Shown: piece by piece, positions 17,671 through 25,446 of the stretch
Layout of the letters: each line of letters starts with the position of its first letter
Position numbering within the stretch: position 1 is the first letter of the stretch
Assembly (NCBI GenBank): GCA_034411955.1
Contig: DAOUMF010000149.1
Span: 1-39,839 of the forward strand
Source of the DNA: Dehalococcoidia bacterium
Lineage (GTDB): Bacteria > Chloroflexota > Dehalococcoidia > SM23-28-2 > RBG-16-64-32
Direction: 5' to 3'
DNA: 39,839 nt
Notes under the pieces: model-generated
Database searches by the model: none
What the model saw: only the letters and a program-made list of their open reading frames with translations
Told to the model about the DNA's origin: nothing
Program-made: the position numbers and the translations under genes

Positions 17671-18939
17671 TCATACTTGCATGCCGTACTGCTTTTCCAT
17701 TTCCGTTTGGATAGGCGCGAAGAGCCGGTGGAAAGCCCTTGCCTTCACGCCCTCGAACAGTAGAACATCCCGTCCGGCCTTTTCCAGCAGGTCCGCGCCG
17801 TCGCCATCAGGGTAGGGCTCCACGTAGACCACCCGCTTGATTCCCGCGTACGTGATGGCTTTCGCGCAATTAAAGCACGGAAATGTCGTGGTGTACAGGG
17901 TGCAGTCGCGAAGATCCTTCCTGGGAGCTTGACGAATAGCGGCGTCCTCAGCATGTATCGCGGGGCACCACTGCATTCCCCGGTCTGGAAAGAGGACCTC
18001 CTTGAAACTGATCCTGCAGCCAGCGCAAATGTACGGTGCGGAGATCGAGTCCACTTTCTTGCCACACCGAGGGCAATCGGTTCCCTCTAGCGATTCCAGC
18101 TTGCCCAGCATCTTAGAGTCTTTCTCGCAGACTTCCCTTGGCTGACAGGGGTCTATCGGCGGGGGGTTCTCGTTGTACGCCACGGAAACGATGTTGTCGT
18201 CATCGTCAACGATAACTGCCCCCACTTGCCTCTTGATGCATCGTGACTGGGTCGCGTGTATGTATGCGACGCTCATCATGATCTCATCCACGCTCGGATA
18301 GCGCAGCCGCTCTTTGGTGATCAGACCCAAGTACGGTTCTGCACGTGACCTGATGACGCGAATGGCCTCTTGCCTTGAATGACAAAATTGCTGATTGCTG
18401 ATCACAATGTCGGCATCATCGACGCAGAGCTGCACTTGCTGGCCGTGCGGCAGGTCGGACTCGATCTGGTCTCTAATGTCATCCATCCGGAACTCTTCGT
18501 CCCCTAGCCCCCGCGCCTTGTAGTGCCGTTCCACGCGTTTCCATCGCTGATCAGAGGAGCATTGAACTGCCACCAAGAAGAAGCGCGGAAATGATTGCCG
18601 GAAGAAATCCACCTCCCCCAAATTCCTAATGCTGTCAAACACCACGCGGTTGCCGCTATTCTCTCGGTTAGCCAGGTCAACCGCCGCCCGTGCCAGAACG
18701 TCTCGGCCTTGCGAGGCTCTAAGCTCGTTGCCGAAATCTTGGAGTTCTCGCCGAGTGGGTTCCCTTTCAGCTTGCGCCGTGCTACCAATACTGCGCTTCC
18801 ACTCATTCTTGAGCGCGGTGGACAGAGAGATCACCGCGAAGCCGTCGTTGGGCTTCCTCGATCTCAGCGCCTCGCCAAGAGTGCTGCATCCGCTGCCGAA
18901 AGACCCCGTGAGACCAATAACCAATGCATCATTGTTCAC
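17671..18939 (-). CDS. P-loop kinase-like domain fused to a dCMP/cytidine deaminase domain (AvcD / dCTP-deaminase anti-phage defence architecture)
   Basis: N-terminus VIGLTGSFGSGCST (Walker A-like, with Cys in place of Lys). The C-terminus has the deaminase zinc motifs CPAIHAEDAAI (HAE) and TTFPCFNCAKAI (PCxxC). A CPRC-x12-CAGC Zn-ribbon is inserted between the deaminase N-terminal strand and the HAE motif. GTG 18939 has GAGGGGGAG 5 nt upstream. The region is visibly AT-richer than its flanks. Confidence 0.8.
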   Translation of the reverse strand: MNNDALVIGLTGSFGSGCSTLGEALRSRKPNDGFAVISLSTALKNEWKRSIGSTAQAEREPTRRELQDFGNELRASQGRDVLARAAVDLANRENSGNRVVFDSIRNLGEVDFFRQSFPRFFLVAVQCSSDQRWKRVERHYKARGLGDEEFRMDDIRDQIESDLPHGQQVQLCVDDADIVISNQQFCHSRQEAIRVIRSRAEPYLGLITKERLRYPSVDEIMMSVAYIHATQSRCIKRQVGAVIVDDDDNIVSVAYNENPPPIDPCQPREVCEKDSKMLGKLESLEGTDCPRCGKKVDSISAPYICAGCRISFKEVLFPDRGMQWCPAIHAEDAAIRQAPRKDLRDCTLYTTTFPCFNCAKAITYAGIKRVVYVEPYPDGDGADLLEKAGRDVLLFEGVKARAFHRLFAPIQTEMEKQYGMQV

Positions 18940-19197
18940 CGTGACTCCCCCTCGTCAACGACTCTAACGTCAGTTGTTTAGCACATTTGTACGATCACGT
19001 CAAGTGCTGGCTCCGTACAATCTAATCGGCGGGGCTTTCGCATGCTTTGCAGATATCCTAACTCATACCTCGTTCCCAAGTGAAACACTTCTTCCATGAG
19101 TGCGACGTCAGGATCTTTGTCGGACGCAGAGCCCCGCCATCCTCGCCTTCTGAACCAACCACTCCTTGGCTACGGCGAACCCTGCCGCCCCGTCCCC

Positions 19198-20085
19198 CTA
19201 GCGCACCTCCACGCCCGCCAGCTTCTCCAGCGCCTTAATCAGCGCCTGCGTCCCCTCCTCGCCCAGCCCCTCCGCCTCCAGCGCCGAGAAGAGCTGCTGC
19301 ACCAGGCTCGTCCCCGGCAGGGGCAGCCCCAGCTTCTCCGCCGCCTCCAGGGCTAGCCGTAGGTCCTTCCGCTGGTGCGCCACCTTGAACCCCGGCCGGA
19401 AGTCCCGCTGCACCATGCGCGGGGCCAGGTTCTGGAGCTGCCAAGACGTCCCCGCCCCCGCGCTCACCGCCTCGATCATCACCCGCGGGTCGATGCCGGA
19501 GCGGGCGGCCAGCACCAGCGCCTCGCACACGCCCAGGTTCGTCAGCACCACCGCCACCTGGTTGCACAGCTTCACCGTCTGTCCGGCGCCGCTGGGCCCG
19601 CAGTGCACGATCTTCCGGCCCATCGCCTCGAGCACCGCCCGGTAGCGCTCCAGCGTCTTCTTCTTGCCGCCCACCATGATGGAGAGCGTGCCGTCGATGG
19701 CTCCCTGCTGGCCCCCGCTCACCGGCGCGTCCAGCATCTCGACACCCGCCTCGGCCAGCCGCTCCGCAATCCGACGCGTCACCTGCGGCGACATCGTCGT
19801 CATGTCCACATGCACCAGCCCGGCGTGCGCCCCCTCGATGATCCCCGCCGGGCCCAGCGCCACCGCCTCCACGTCCGGCGAGTCGCCCACGATCGTGATC
19901 ACTACGTCGGAGCGCGCGGCGACGTCGGCGGGGCTGCTCCCCTCGGCCGCGCCCTCCCTCGCCAGCTCGTCGATGCCCGGCCGGCTACGGTTCCAGACGG
20001 TGAGGGGGAAGCCCGTCTTCATCAGGTTGCGGGCCATCGGCCGCCCCATTATCCCCAGCCCGATGAAGCCCACGCGGTCAGTCAC
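19198..20085 (-). CDS. NAD(P)-dependent 3-hydroxyisobutyrate / 2-hydroxy-3-oxopropionate reductase family dehydrogenase
   Basis: VGFIGLGIMGRPMARNL... Rossmann N-terminus and beta-hydroxyacid dehydrogenase-like body. GTG 20085 overlaps the upstream stop by 8 nt. Confidence 0.85.
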   Translation of the reverse strand: MTDRVGFIGLGIMGRPMARNLMKTGFPLTVWNRSRPGIDELAREGAAEGSSPADVAARSDVVITIVGDSPDVEAVALGPAGIIEGAHAGLVHVDMTTMSPQVTRRIAERLAEAGVEMLDAPVSGGQQGAIDGTLSIMVGGKKKTLERYRAVLEAMGRKIVHCGPSGAGQTVKLCNQVAVVLTNLGVCEALVLAARSGIDPRVMIEAVSAGAGTSWQLQNLAPRMVQRDFRPGFKVAHQRKDLRLALEAAEKLGLPLPGTSLVQQLFSALEAEGLGEEGTQALIKALEKLAGVEVR

Positions 20086-21088
20086 GGCGTTGCTCCAGCG
20101 GCACCTGTGGCTTCACGCTCGGGTTCGCCACGTACTTGGGCCAGCGCCCGCGCAGCACGTCCGCCGCCGCCCGGCCCACCTCCTGTCGGAGCTGTCGCAT
20201 CGCCTCCGGCGAGACCGACCCCACGTGTGGCGTCAGCACCACATTGTCCAGGCGGCACAGAGGGCTATCCGGCGGCAGCGGCTCCTCCTCGAACACGTCC
20301 AGCCCGGCCGCGGCGATCTCGCCGTTGGACAGCGCCTCCACCAGGGCCGGCTCGTCCACCACCGGCCCTCGCGCGGTGTTGATGAGCACCGCCGTCGGCT
20401 TCATCGCCTTCAGCTCGGCCGCCCCGATGAGGTGTCGCGTCTCCGGCGTGAGGGGCGTGTTCAGGGAGACGTAGTCGGCCTCCGCCAGCAGTTCGTCCAG
20501 CGGCACCAGCTTCACACTCATCTCCTCGGCCGCCTTGGGGTCGCAGTAGGGGGCGTGGGCCAGCACCCGCAGGCCGAAGGCCAGCGCCTTGCGGCCCACC
20601 GCCCGGCCGATGTTCCCGAACCCGATGATACCGAGCGTCTGCCCGTGCACGGGCGCCATACCCGAGGCGTGCGCGCTCCGCCAGCGCCCCGCGGCGATGT
20701 CCTGGTGCAGCGGCAGCAGCCTGCGGGCCATGGCCAGCAGCAGCGCGATGGCGTGGTTGGACACCTCCTCCGAGCAGAAGTCCAGCACGTGCGCCACCAC
20801 TATGCCCTGGTCCGTGGCCGCCTCCAGGTCCACGTTGTCCAGGCCGATCCCGTAGCGAACCACGCAGCGGCACTGGGGGAGGTTCTCCAGAACCCGACGC
20901 GTGATCTGGGCCCCGGCCACCAAGACTACGTCCGCGTCCCTGACGTTGGCGATAAGCTCGTCCTCGCTGCTGGCCCTGGTGGCCACCAGTTTGCAGTCCA
21001 AGTCGCCCAGGGCCCGGCGCTCCTCGCCCAACTGCGAGCCGGGCCGGGCGTCGGCGTGGACTATCAGCGGGCGCCTGTCAACGGTCAT
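20078..21088 (-). CDS. D-isomer-specific 2-hydroxyacid dehydrogenase family protein
   Basis: ..LGIIGFGNIGRAVGRKA.. NAD-binding motif, ..LINTARGPVVDE.., ..VVLTPHVGS.. Confidence 0.85.
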   Translation of the reverse strand: MTVDRRPLIVHADARPGSQLGEERRALGDLDCKLVATRASSEDELIANVRDADVVLVAGAQITRRVLENLPQCRCVVRYGIGLDNVDLEAATDQGIVVAHVLDFCSEEVSNHAIALLLAMARRLLPLHQDIAAGRWRSAHASGMAPVHGQTLGIIGFGNIGRAVGRKALAFGLRVLAHAPYCDPKAAEEMSVKLVPLDELLAEADYVSLNTPLTPETRHLIGAAELKAMKPTAVLINTARGPVVDEPALVEALSNGEIAAAGLDVFEEEPLPPDSPLCRLDNVVLTPHVGSVSPEAMRQLRQEVGRAAADVLRGRWPKYVANPSVKPQVPLEQRRD

Positions 21089-21107
21089 CGACGAGCGCCG
21101 TGGCTGC

Positions 21108-21938
21108 TTATTTCACGGTGGCGGCGGCGTTGCTAATCACCACGTCGCCGCGCTGCGTCTTGGCTTGGAGGACGATGCGACCCCCGCCCTCGTCCCACAT
21201 CTCCGTGATGACGTTGTCGCCCGGGAAGACGACGCCGGAAAACCGGACCTCCAGCCCCGTCATCCGAGCGGGGTCGTTGTCGCAGTACTCTCTGAGCACG
21301 GCGCGGCCGACGTGGCCGTATGTGCACAGCCCGTGCAGGATCGGCGTATCGTAGCCCGCCATCTTCGCGAACCCCGGGTCTATGTGCAGCGGGTTGCGGT
21401 CTCCGGACAGGCGGTAGATCATCGCCTGGATGGGCAGCGTCTGCATCTCCACGGTCTTGTCGGGTGCCCTTTCCGGCGCCTTGTTCCCGGCCTCCGGGCC
21501 GCGCTCCCCGCCGAAGCCGCCCGCCCCTCGCACGAACACCCCGGCCTCATTGGTGAACAGCACTTCGCCCTGCTCGTCCTTCGTTTCCGCCTCGACCACC
21601 AGCAGGGCGCCTTTGCCCTTGTCGTAGACGCCGGTCACCTTACCGGCCGTGGTCAGGTTCCCCTTCGGGGGAATCGGCTTGTGGAGCTTGATGCGCTGCT
21701 CGCCGTGGAGCAGCATCACGGGGTTTATCTCCACACTGGCGGCAAGCCCCATCATCGCTGGGAAACCCGGGATCACCGCGAACGTGGGGAGCACCTTCAG
21801 GTTGCGCTCGAAGACGAAGTCGAGCTCCGTGGCGCCCACGCCCACGGCGTACAGCATCACGTCGCGGTCGTCGTACTCGAAACTCGTCGGCGACAGCTCG
21901 ATACCTAAGGCTTCGGGAATAGCGACTCGTGTCGTCAT
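21108..21938 (-). CDS. MaoC-like (R)-specific enoyl-CoA hydratase, double hot-dog fold
   Basis: ..YRLSGDRNPLHIDPGFAKMAGYDTPILHG.. hydratase-2 motif. ATG 21938 has GGAGGAGGG upstream and lies 5 nt after the SDR stop. Confidence 0.85.
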   Translation of the reverse strand: MTTRVAIPEALGIELSPTSFEYDDRDVMLYAVGVGATELDFVFERNLKVLPTFAVIPGFPAMMGLAASVEINPVMLLHGEQRIKLHKPIPPKGNLTTAGKVTGVYDKGKGALLVVEAETKDEQGEVLFTNEAGVFVRGAGGFGGERGPEAGNKAPERAPDKTVEMQTLPIQAMIYRLSGDRNPLHIDPGFAKMAGYDTPILHGLCTYGHVGRAVLREYCDNDPARMTGLEVRFSGVVFPGDNVITEMWDEGGGRIVLQAKTQRGDVVISNAAATVK

Positions 21939-21943
21939 TGCGC

Positions 21944-22858
21944 CTACCCTCCTCCCAGGTGGGGGAAGATGCGGCCCATGCCCTCGGCGTTGGCGTTGGC
22001 GAACTCCTCGGCGCCGCTCATGTCCTTGATCTTCCCCAGGTTGTCGCGCACCTGCTCGATGTTGACCCCGCCGCTGGGGTCGAGGAAGACGCCTTTCCCC
22101 TCCACCACCGCCACCCGGCCGAAGTAGCCGCCGCCGGCCGACCATACGCTCCCTGTCTCCGTGCACTCCTCCGAGCAGAGGTAGGCCACCATCGGCGACA
22201 CCAGCTCTGGCACCAGCTTCTCCAGTGCGGTGGGCGGCATGATGTCCTCGGTCAGGCGTGAGGCCGCCAGGGGGGCGATGGTGTTGGCGAGGATGCTGTA
22301 CTTCTGCCCCTCTATCTTGATCACGTTCATCAGGCCCACCAAACCCATCTTCGCCGACCCGTAGTTGGTCTGGCCGAAGTTGCCAAACAGCCCTGCCGCC
22401 GACGTCGTGAACACAATGCGCCCGTAGCTGTTCTGCCGCATCACGCGAAGGGCTGGCTGGGTGACGCAGAAGGCGCCCCGCAGGTGCACCGCCTGCACCT
22501 TGTCCCAGTCTTCCGCTGTCAGGTTGTGGAAGGCGCGGTCGCGCAGGATACCGGCGTTGTTGACGAGGATGTCCACCTTGCCGTAGGCGTCCAGCGCCGT
22601 TTTGACGAGCGACTCTCCACCTTCCACCGTGTCCACGCCGTCGTAGTTCGCCGTTGCCTCCCCTCCGGCGGCCCGGATCTCCTCCACCACCTGGTCGGCC
22701 ATGGCGGTGCCGGCGCCGGTGCCGTCGCGGGCGCCGCCCAGGTCGTTCACCACCACCTTTGCGCCGCGCGAGGCGAGGAGCAGGGCGTGAGCCCGGCCCA
22801 ATCCACCTCCGGCCCCCGTCACGATCGCCACTCGGTCGTCAAACCGAACTTCACTCAT
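21944..22858 (-). CDS. SDR-family 3-hydroxyacyl-CoA dehydrogenase-like protein (MFE-2 N-terminal-domain-like)
   Basis: VAIVTGAGGGLGRAHALLLASRGAKVVVNDLGG, NNAG, and Y-x3-K (YGSAKMG). Together with the downstream MaoC gene it forms a split MFE-2-like pair. Confidence 0.85.
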   Translation of the reverse strand: MSEVRFDDRVAIVTGAGGGLGRAHALLLASRGAKVVVNDLGGARDGTGAGTAMADQVVEEIRAAGGEATANYDGVDTVEGGESLVKTALDAYGKVDILVNNAGILRDRAFHNLTAEDWDKVQAVHLRGAFCVTQPALRVMRQNSYGRIVFTTSAAGLFGNFGQTNYGSAKMGLVGLMNVIKIEGQKYSILANTIAPLAASRLTEDIMPPTALEKLVPELVSPMVAYLCSEECTETGSVWSAGGGYFGRVAVVEGKGVFLDPSGGVNIEQVRDNLGKIKDMSGAEEFANANAEGMGRIFPHLGGG

Positions 22859-22969
22859 CTGCGACCTCCATTCGTCTGTGGGCGGAATTCCTCGTTATTA
22901 ATTTCACATTTCCCCGCCCCTGTCAATTCATGTCTCCGCGAGCGTCCGATGTGGACCTGACCGTACCCG

Positions 22970-22998
22970 ATTCCTTGACCACCACATTCCTTGACCAC
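22970..22998 (+). repeat. Tandem direct repeat ATTCCTTGACCAC (x2, 16-bp period), duplicating a -35-like TTGACC
   Basis: Copies at 22970-22982 and 22986-22998, read directly from the sequence. Confidence 0.6.
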
Positions 22999-23020
22999 GT
23001 TCTGCGCCACGTGCTAGACT
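22991..23020 (+). promoter_or_regulatory. Candidate promoter for tRNA-His (-35 TTGACC, 18-nt spacer, -10 TAGACT)
   Basis: Hexamers at 22991-22996 and 23015-23020, about 45 nt upstream of the tRNA. Confidence 0.35.
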
Positions 23021-23065
23021 TCGCTTGCTGCCCCGTATGGCTCGGGGCTTTTCTATCGCTAGAGT

Positions 23066-23143
23066 GGTGGGCGTCGCCTAGCGGTCTAAGGCGCCAGGTT
23101 GTGGCCCTGGAGATCGAGGGTTCGAATCCCTCCGTCCACCCCA
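23066..23143 (+). tRNA. tRNA-His (anticodon GUG) with encoded G-1 and CCA
   Basis: Manual cloverleaf. G-1:C73. Acceptor stem GTGGGCG/CGTCCAC with one G-U pair. Anticodon arm CCAGG-TTGTGGC-CCTGG. T-arm GAGGG-TTCGAAT-CCCTC. CCA at 23141-23143. Confidence 0.9.
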
Positions 23144-23176
23144 CCCCCTCCCTTCTTCACTCGGCGCTGCCCCTTC

Positions 23177-24529
23177 CTACGTGAGCTTGTCGATCAGGAG
23201 CGCTCCCAGGCCTAGCAGGAACAGGAAGACGAGCACGTCCGTGAAGGTGGTGAGGAAGATACCAGACGCGATTGCCGGGTCCAGCTTCAGGGCCCGCAGG
23301 CCCAGCGGGATGACCGCTCCCAGGAGGCCTGCCACCAGCATGTTCAGCATCAGCGCCAGCCCCACCACCAGCCCCCACCACGGCTCCCCCTGCCAGACCC
23401 AGGCGCTGACCCCGATGAGGGTGCCGAAGATCAGGCCCTTCACCAGTCCGATCGCTAGTTCCTTGGCCAGCACCCACCTGGCGTCTTCCAGTTCGATCTC
23501 GCCTACCGCCAGCCCCCTGACCACTATCGTGATGCTCTGGATGCCGGAGTTGCCTCCCTGACCGGCCACCACCGGCATGAAGACCGCCAGAGCGGCCGCC
23601 TTTTCTATCGTGCCCTCGAAAGCGGCCACCATCGCCGCCGCCAGGAAGGCCGCCACCAGGTTTATGCCCAGCCACGGTATCCGCCGCCGCGCTGATACCA
23701 TCACCGGGGCGGACACGCTGTCGTCCGAGAGGAGCCCCACCATGCGGTACATGTCCTCGGTGGCCTCCTCGCTCGCCACCTCCATAGCGTCGTCGGCCGT
23801 CACGATGCCGCTCAACACCCCATGCTCGTCCACCACCGGCAGGGCCCGTAGCCGGTAGTGCTGGATCAGGCGGGCCACCTCCTCCTGGTCCGTGTTTGGC
23901 TGGACCGCTATCGAGTCCTTGGTCATCACGTCCACGATCGGGGTATCGAGCTCCGAGATGAGCAACTCGCGCAGGTTCACCACCCCCAGCAGCCGGTTGG
24001 CAGCGTCGAGGACGTACAGGTAGTACGCCTCATCCACCACAGGCTTCCGCAGGCGCAGGAAGGTGATCGCCTGCTGGGCCGTCATCTCTGGGTGCAGGGC
24101 CACATAGCCCCGCGTCATCAGCCCGCCCGCGCTCTCATCGGCGTGCTCCAGAAGCGGCGTTATCTCCGAGGCGCTCGTCATGGTGGACAGCACGCGCGCC
24201 ATCTCGGCCGGGCCCAGCGTTCGCAGCACGTCCACCGCTGTGTCATGGCTGGTCTTGTCTAGGACACGGGCCAGGCTGGCCCGGGGCATGCGACCCACCA
24301 CCTTCTCGCGCACCTCCTCCTCCAGGTACTCCAGCAACTCCCCTATCTGCTCGCTGGAGAGGATCGAGAGAAACGCCTCGCGCAGCTCCGGTTCCAGACG
24401 CTCGTACAGGTCGGCCCGGTCAGCCGGGTGTGTGGACGCGATCGCCTCCGCCGCCTTCTCGATGTCAGGGCCGCGGAGGATCTCCTCAATCCTGTCTGTC
24501 AGTTCGGATGTATCCTGCTCGGTAGTCAT
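23177..24529 (-). CDS. mgtE: Magnesium transporter MgtE
   Basis: 450 aa. N-terminal MgtE_N region, tandem CBS region (..YYLYVLDAANRLLGVVNLRELL.., ..ALPVVDEHGVLSGIVTADD..), and a C-terminal 5-TM domain. Confidence 0.92.
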   Translation of the reverse strand: MTTEQDTSELTDRIEEILRGPDIEKAAEAIASTHPADRADLYERLEPELREAFLSILSSEQIGELLEYLEEEVREKVVGRMPRASLARVLDKTSHDTAVDVLRTLGPAEMARVLSTMTSASEITPLLEHADESAGGLMTRGYVALHPEMTAQQAITFLRLRKPVVDEAYYLYVLDAANRLLGVVNLRELLISELDTPIVDVMTKDSIAVQPNTDQEEVARLIQHYRLRALPVVDEHGVLSGIVTADDAMEVASEEATEDMYRMVGLLSDDSVSAPVMVSARRRIPWLGINLVAAFLAAAMVAAFEGTIEKAAALAVFMPVVAGQGGNSGIQSITIVVRGLAVGEIELEDARWVLAKELAIGLVKGLIFGTLIGVSAWVWQGEPWWGLVVGLALMLNMLVAGLLGAVIPLGLRALKLDPAIASGIFLTTFTDVLVFLFLLGLGALLIDKLT

Positions 24530-24684
24530 CTCTTACCTGCGTGCGGTCTCGTCCATTAGAGCACAGCGTTCCCCCTGTCACAACGCGCCACGGCCGTTCC
24601 TGTTTGCCGCCCCGTCGGCGCCGGTGCTACACTGAACCTGCCCGCCGGCAGGCAGGCCTGCCCGCCCGGCGGCGGGTCTGCAGT

Positions 24685-24761
24685 GCCCCCGTAGCTCAAT
24701 TGGATAGAGCGCCTGGCTTCGGACCAGTAGGTTGTGGGTTCGAGTCCTACCGGGGGCGCCA
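24685..24761 (+). tRNA. tRNA-Arg (anticodon UCG) with encoded CCA
   Basis: Manual cloverleaf. Acceptor GCCCCCG/CGGGGGC. D-arm GCTC-AATTGGATA-GAGC. Anticodon loop CT-TCG-GA. T-arm GTGGG-TTCGAGT-CCTAC. Discriminator G followed by CCA. Confidence 0.88.
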
Positions 24762-24868
24762 GCCTTATTCCTACCTCAGATTTGGCACCTCCGCTCAGCT
24801 AGCCATGCCCCGCTACGCGTATGGCATCGGTTTGAGCGCATGGTTTCGGTCACAAGAGGAGGTGTCCG

Positions 24869-25360
24869 ATGACAGGCGAAACCATCCACTCGACCGTTGA
24901 GGCGTGGCTGACCACCATCGGGGCTGAGGGCGTCAGAGGCTTGTCGGCTCTCGGTCTCTGACCTCAGCGAGGGAATGGCGGTGGTCAGGCAAACCAAGAC
25001 GGGCCGCATCCGCAGCGTGCCCCAGGGCCAGAAAGCGCAGAGGGCCAGCTACACTCACTTGGCAACGGGAAGGCCCAGGTGTGAGAACCTGCCGGTCAGT
25101 CGTGATGGCCTCCCCCTGCGCCGGAACACTGTTCGCCTGGCGCCCGACCGTCCGTCCCAGAAGCTGGGGTTTAGGTTGAGCGCCCACGGGTTCCGCCGCA
25201 GCTTCACTACGATGATGCTACGGCGGGGCTGCGACCTTGAGACGCTGAGACAGATGGGAGGGTGGTCTAGCTACGCGATGTTGATGACCTACGCCCACCT
25301 GGCGGCAGATGACCTGAAACGGCCGCACGCCACAAGGAGTCCGCTGGACAACCTATATTA
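24869..25360 (+). pseudogene. Tyrosine recombinase (phage-type integrase) remnant: short N-terminus, frameshift or internal deletion, then the catalytic domain
   Basis: ATG 24869 with a GAGGAGG RBS gives MTGETIHSTVEAWLTTIGAEG..., which stops at 24959-24961. A second frame, open from 24912, reads GLRASEACRLSVSDL..VVRQTKTGRIRSVP...HGFRRSFTTMMLRRGCDLETLRQMGGWSS..MTYAHL (box I Arg, HxxR, catalytic Tyr). The core-binding domain is missing. It lies 108 nt downstream of tRNA-Arg. Confidence 0.65.
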
Positions 25361-25446
25361 CGGATTGAGCCGTAACACGCTCGCGGGTCGCTCGTCTCCA
25401 TGTAATAGGAAGGCAGCTGACAGCCGATTAGGAGTTTTGCCAACCG

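Noticed and set aside
19375-21908. Long plus-strand ORFs (335, 490 and 335 aa) overlapping the dehydrogenase/hydratase cluster
   Set aside because: They are Arg/Pro/His-rich shadow ORFs opposite well-supported minus-strand genes. They have no RBSs or recognisable motifs.
24530-24684. Possible M-box (Mg2+) riboswitch in the mgtE leader
   Set aside because: The 155-nt leader contains only GC-rich hairpins (CCTGCC-cgcc-GGCAGG and CCCGCC-cggc-GGCGGG). I could not recognise any conserved M-box core sequence. An Rfam scan would be needed.
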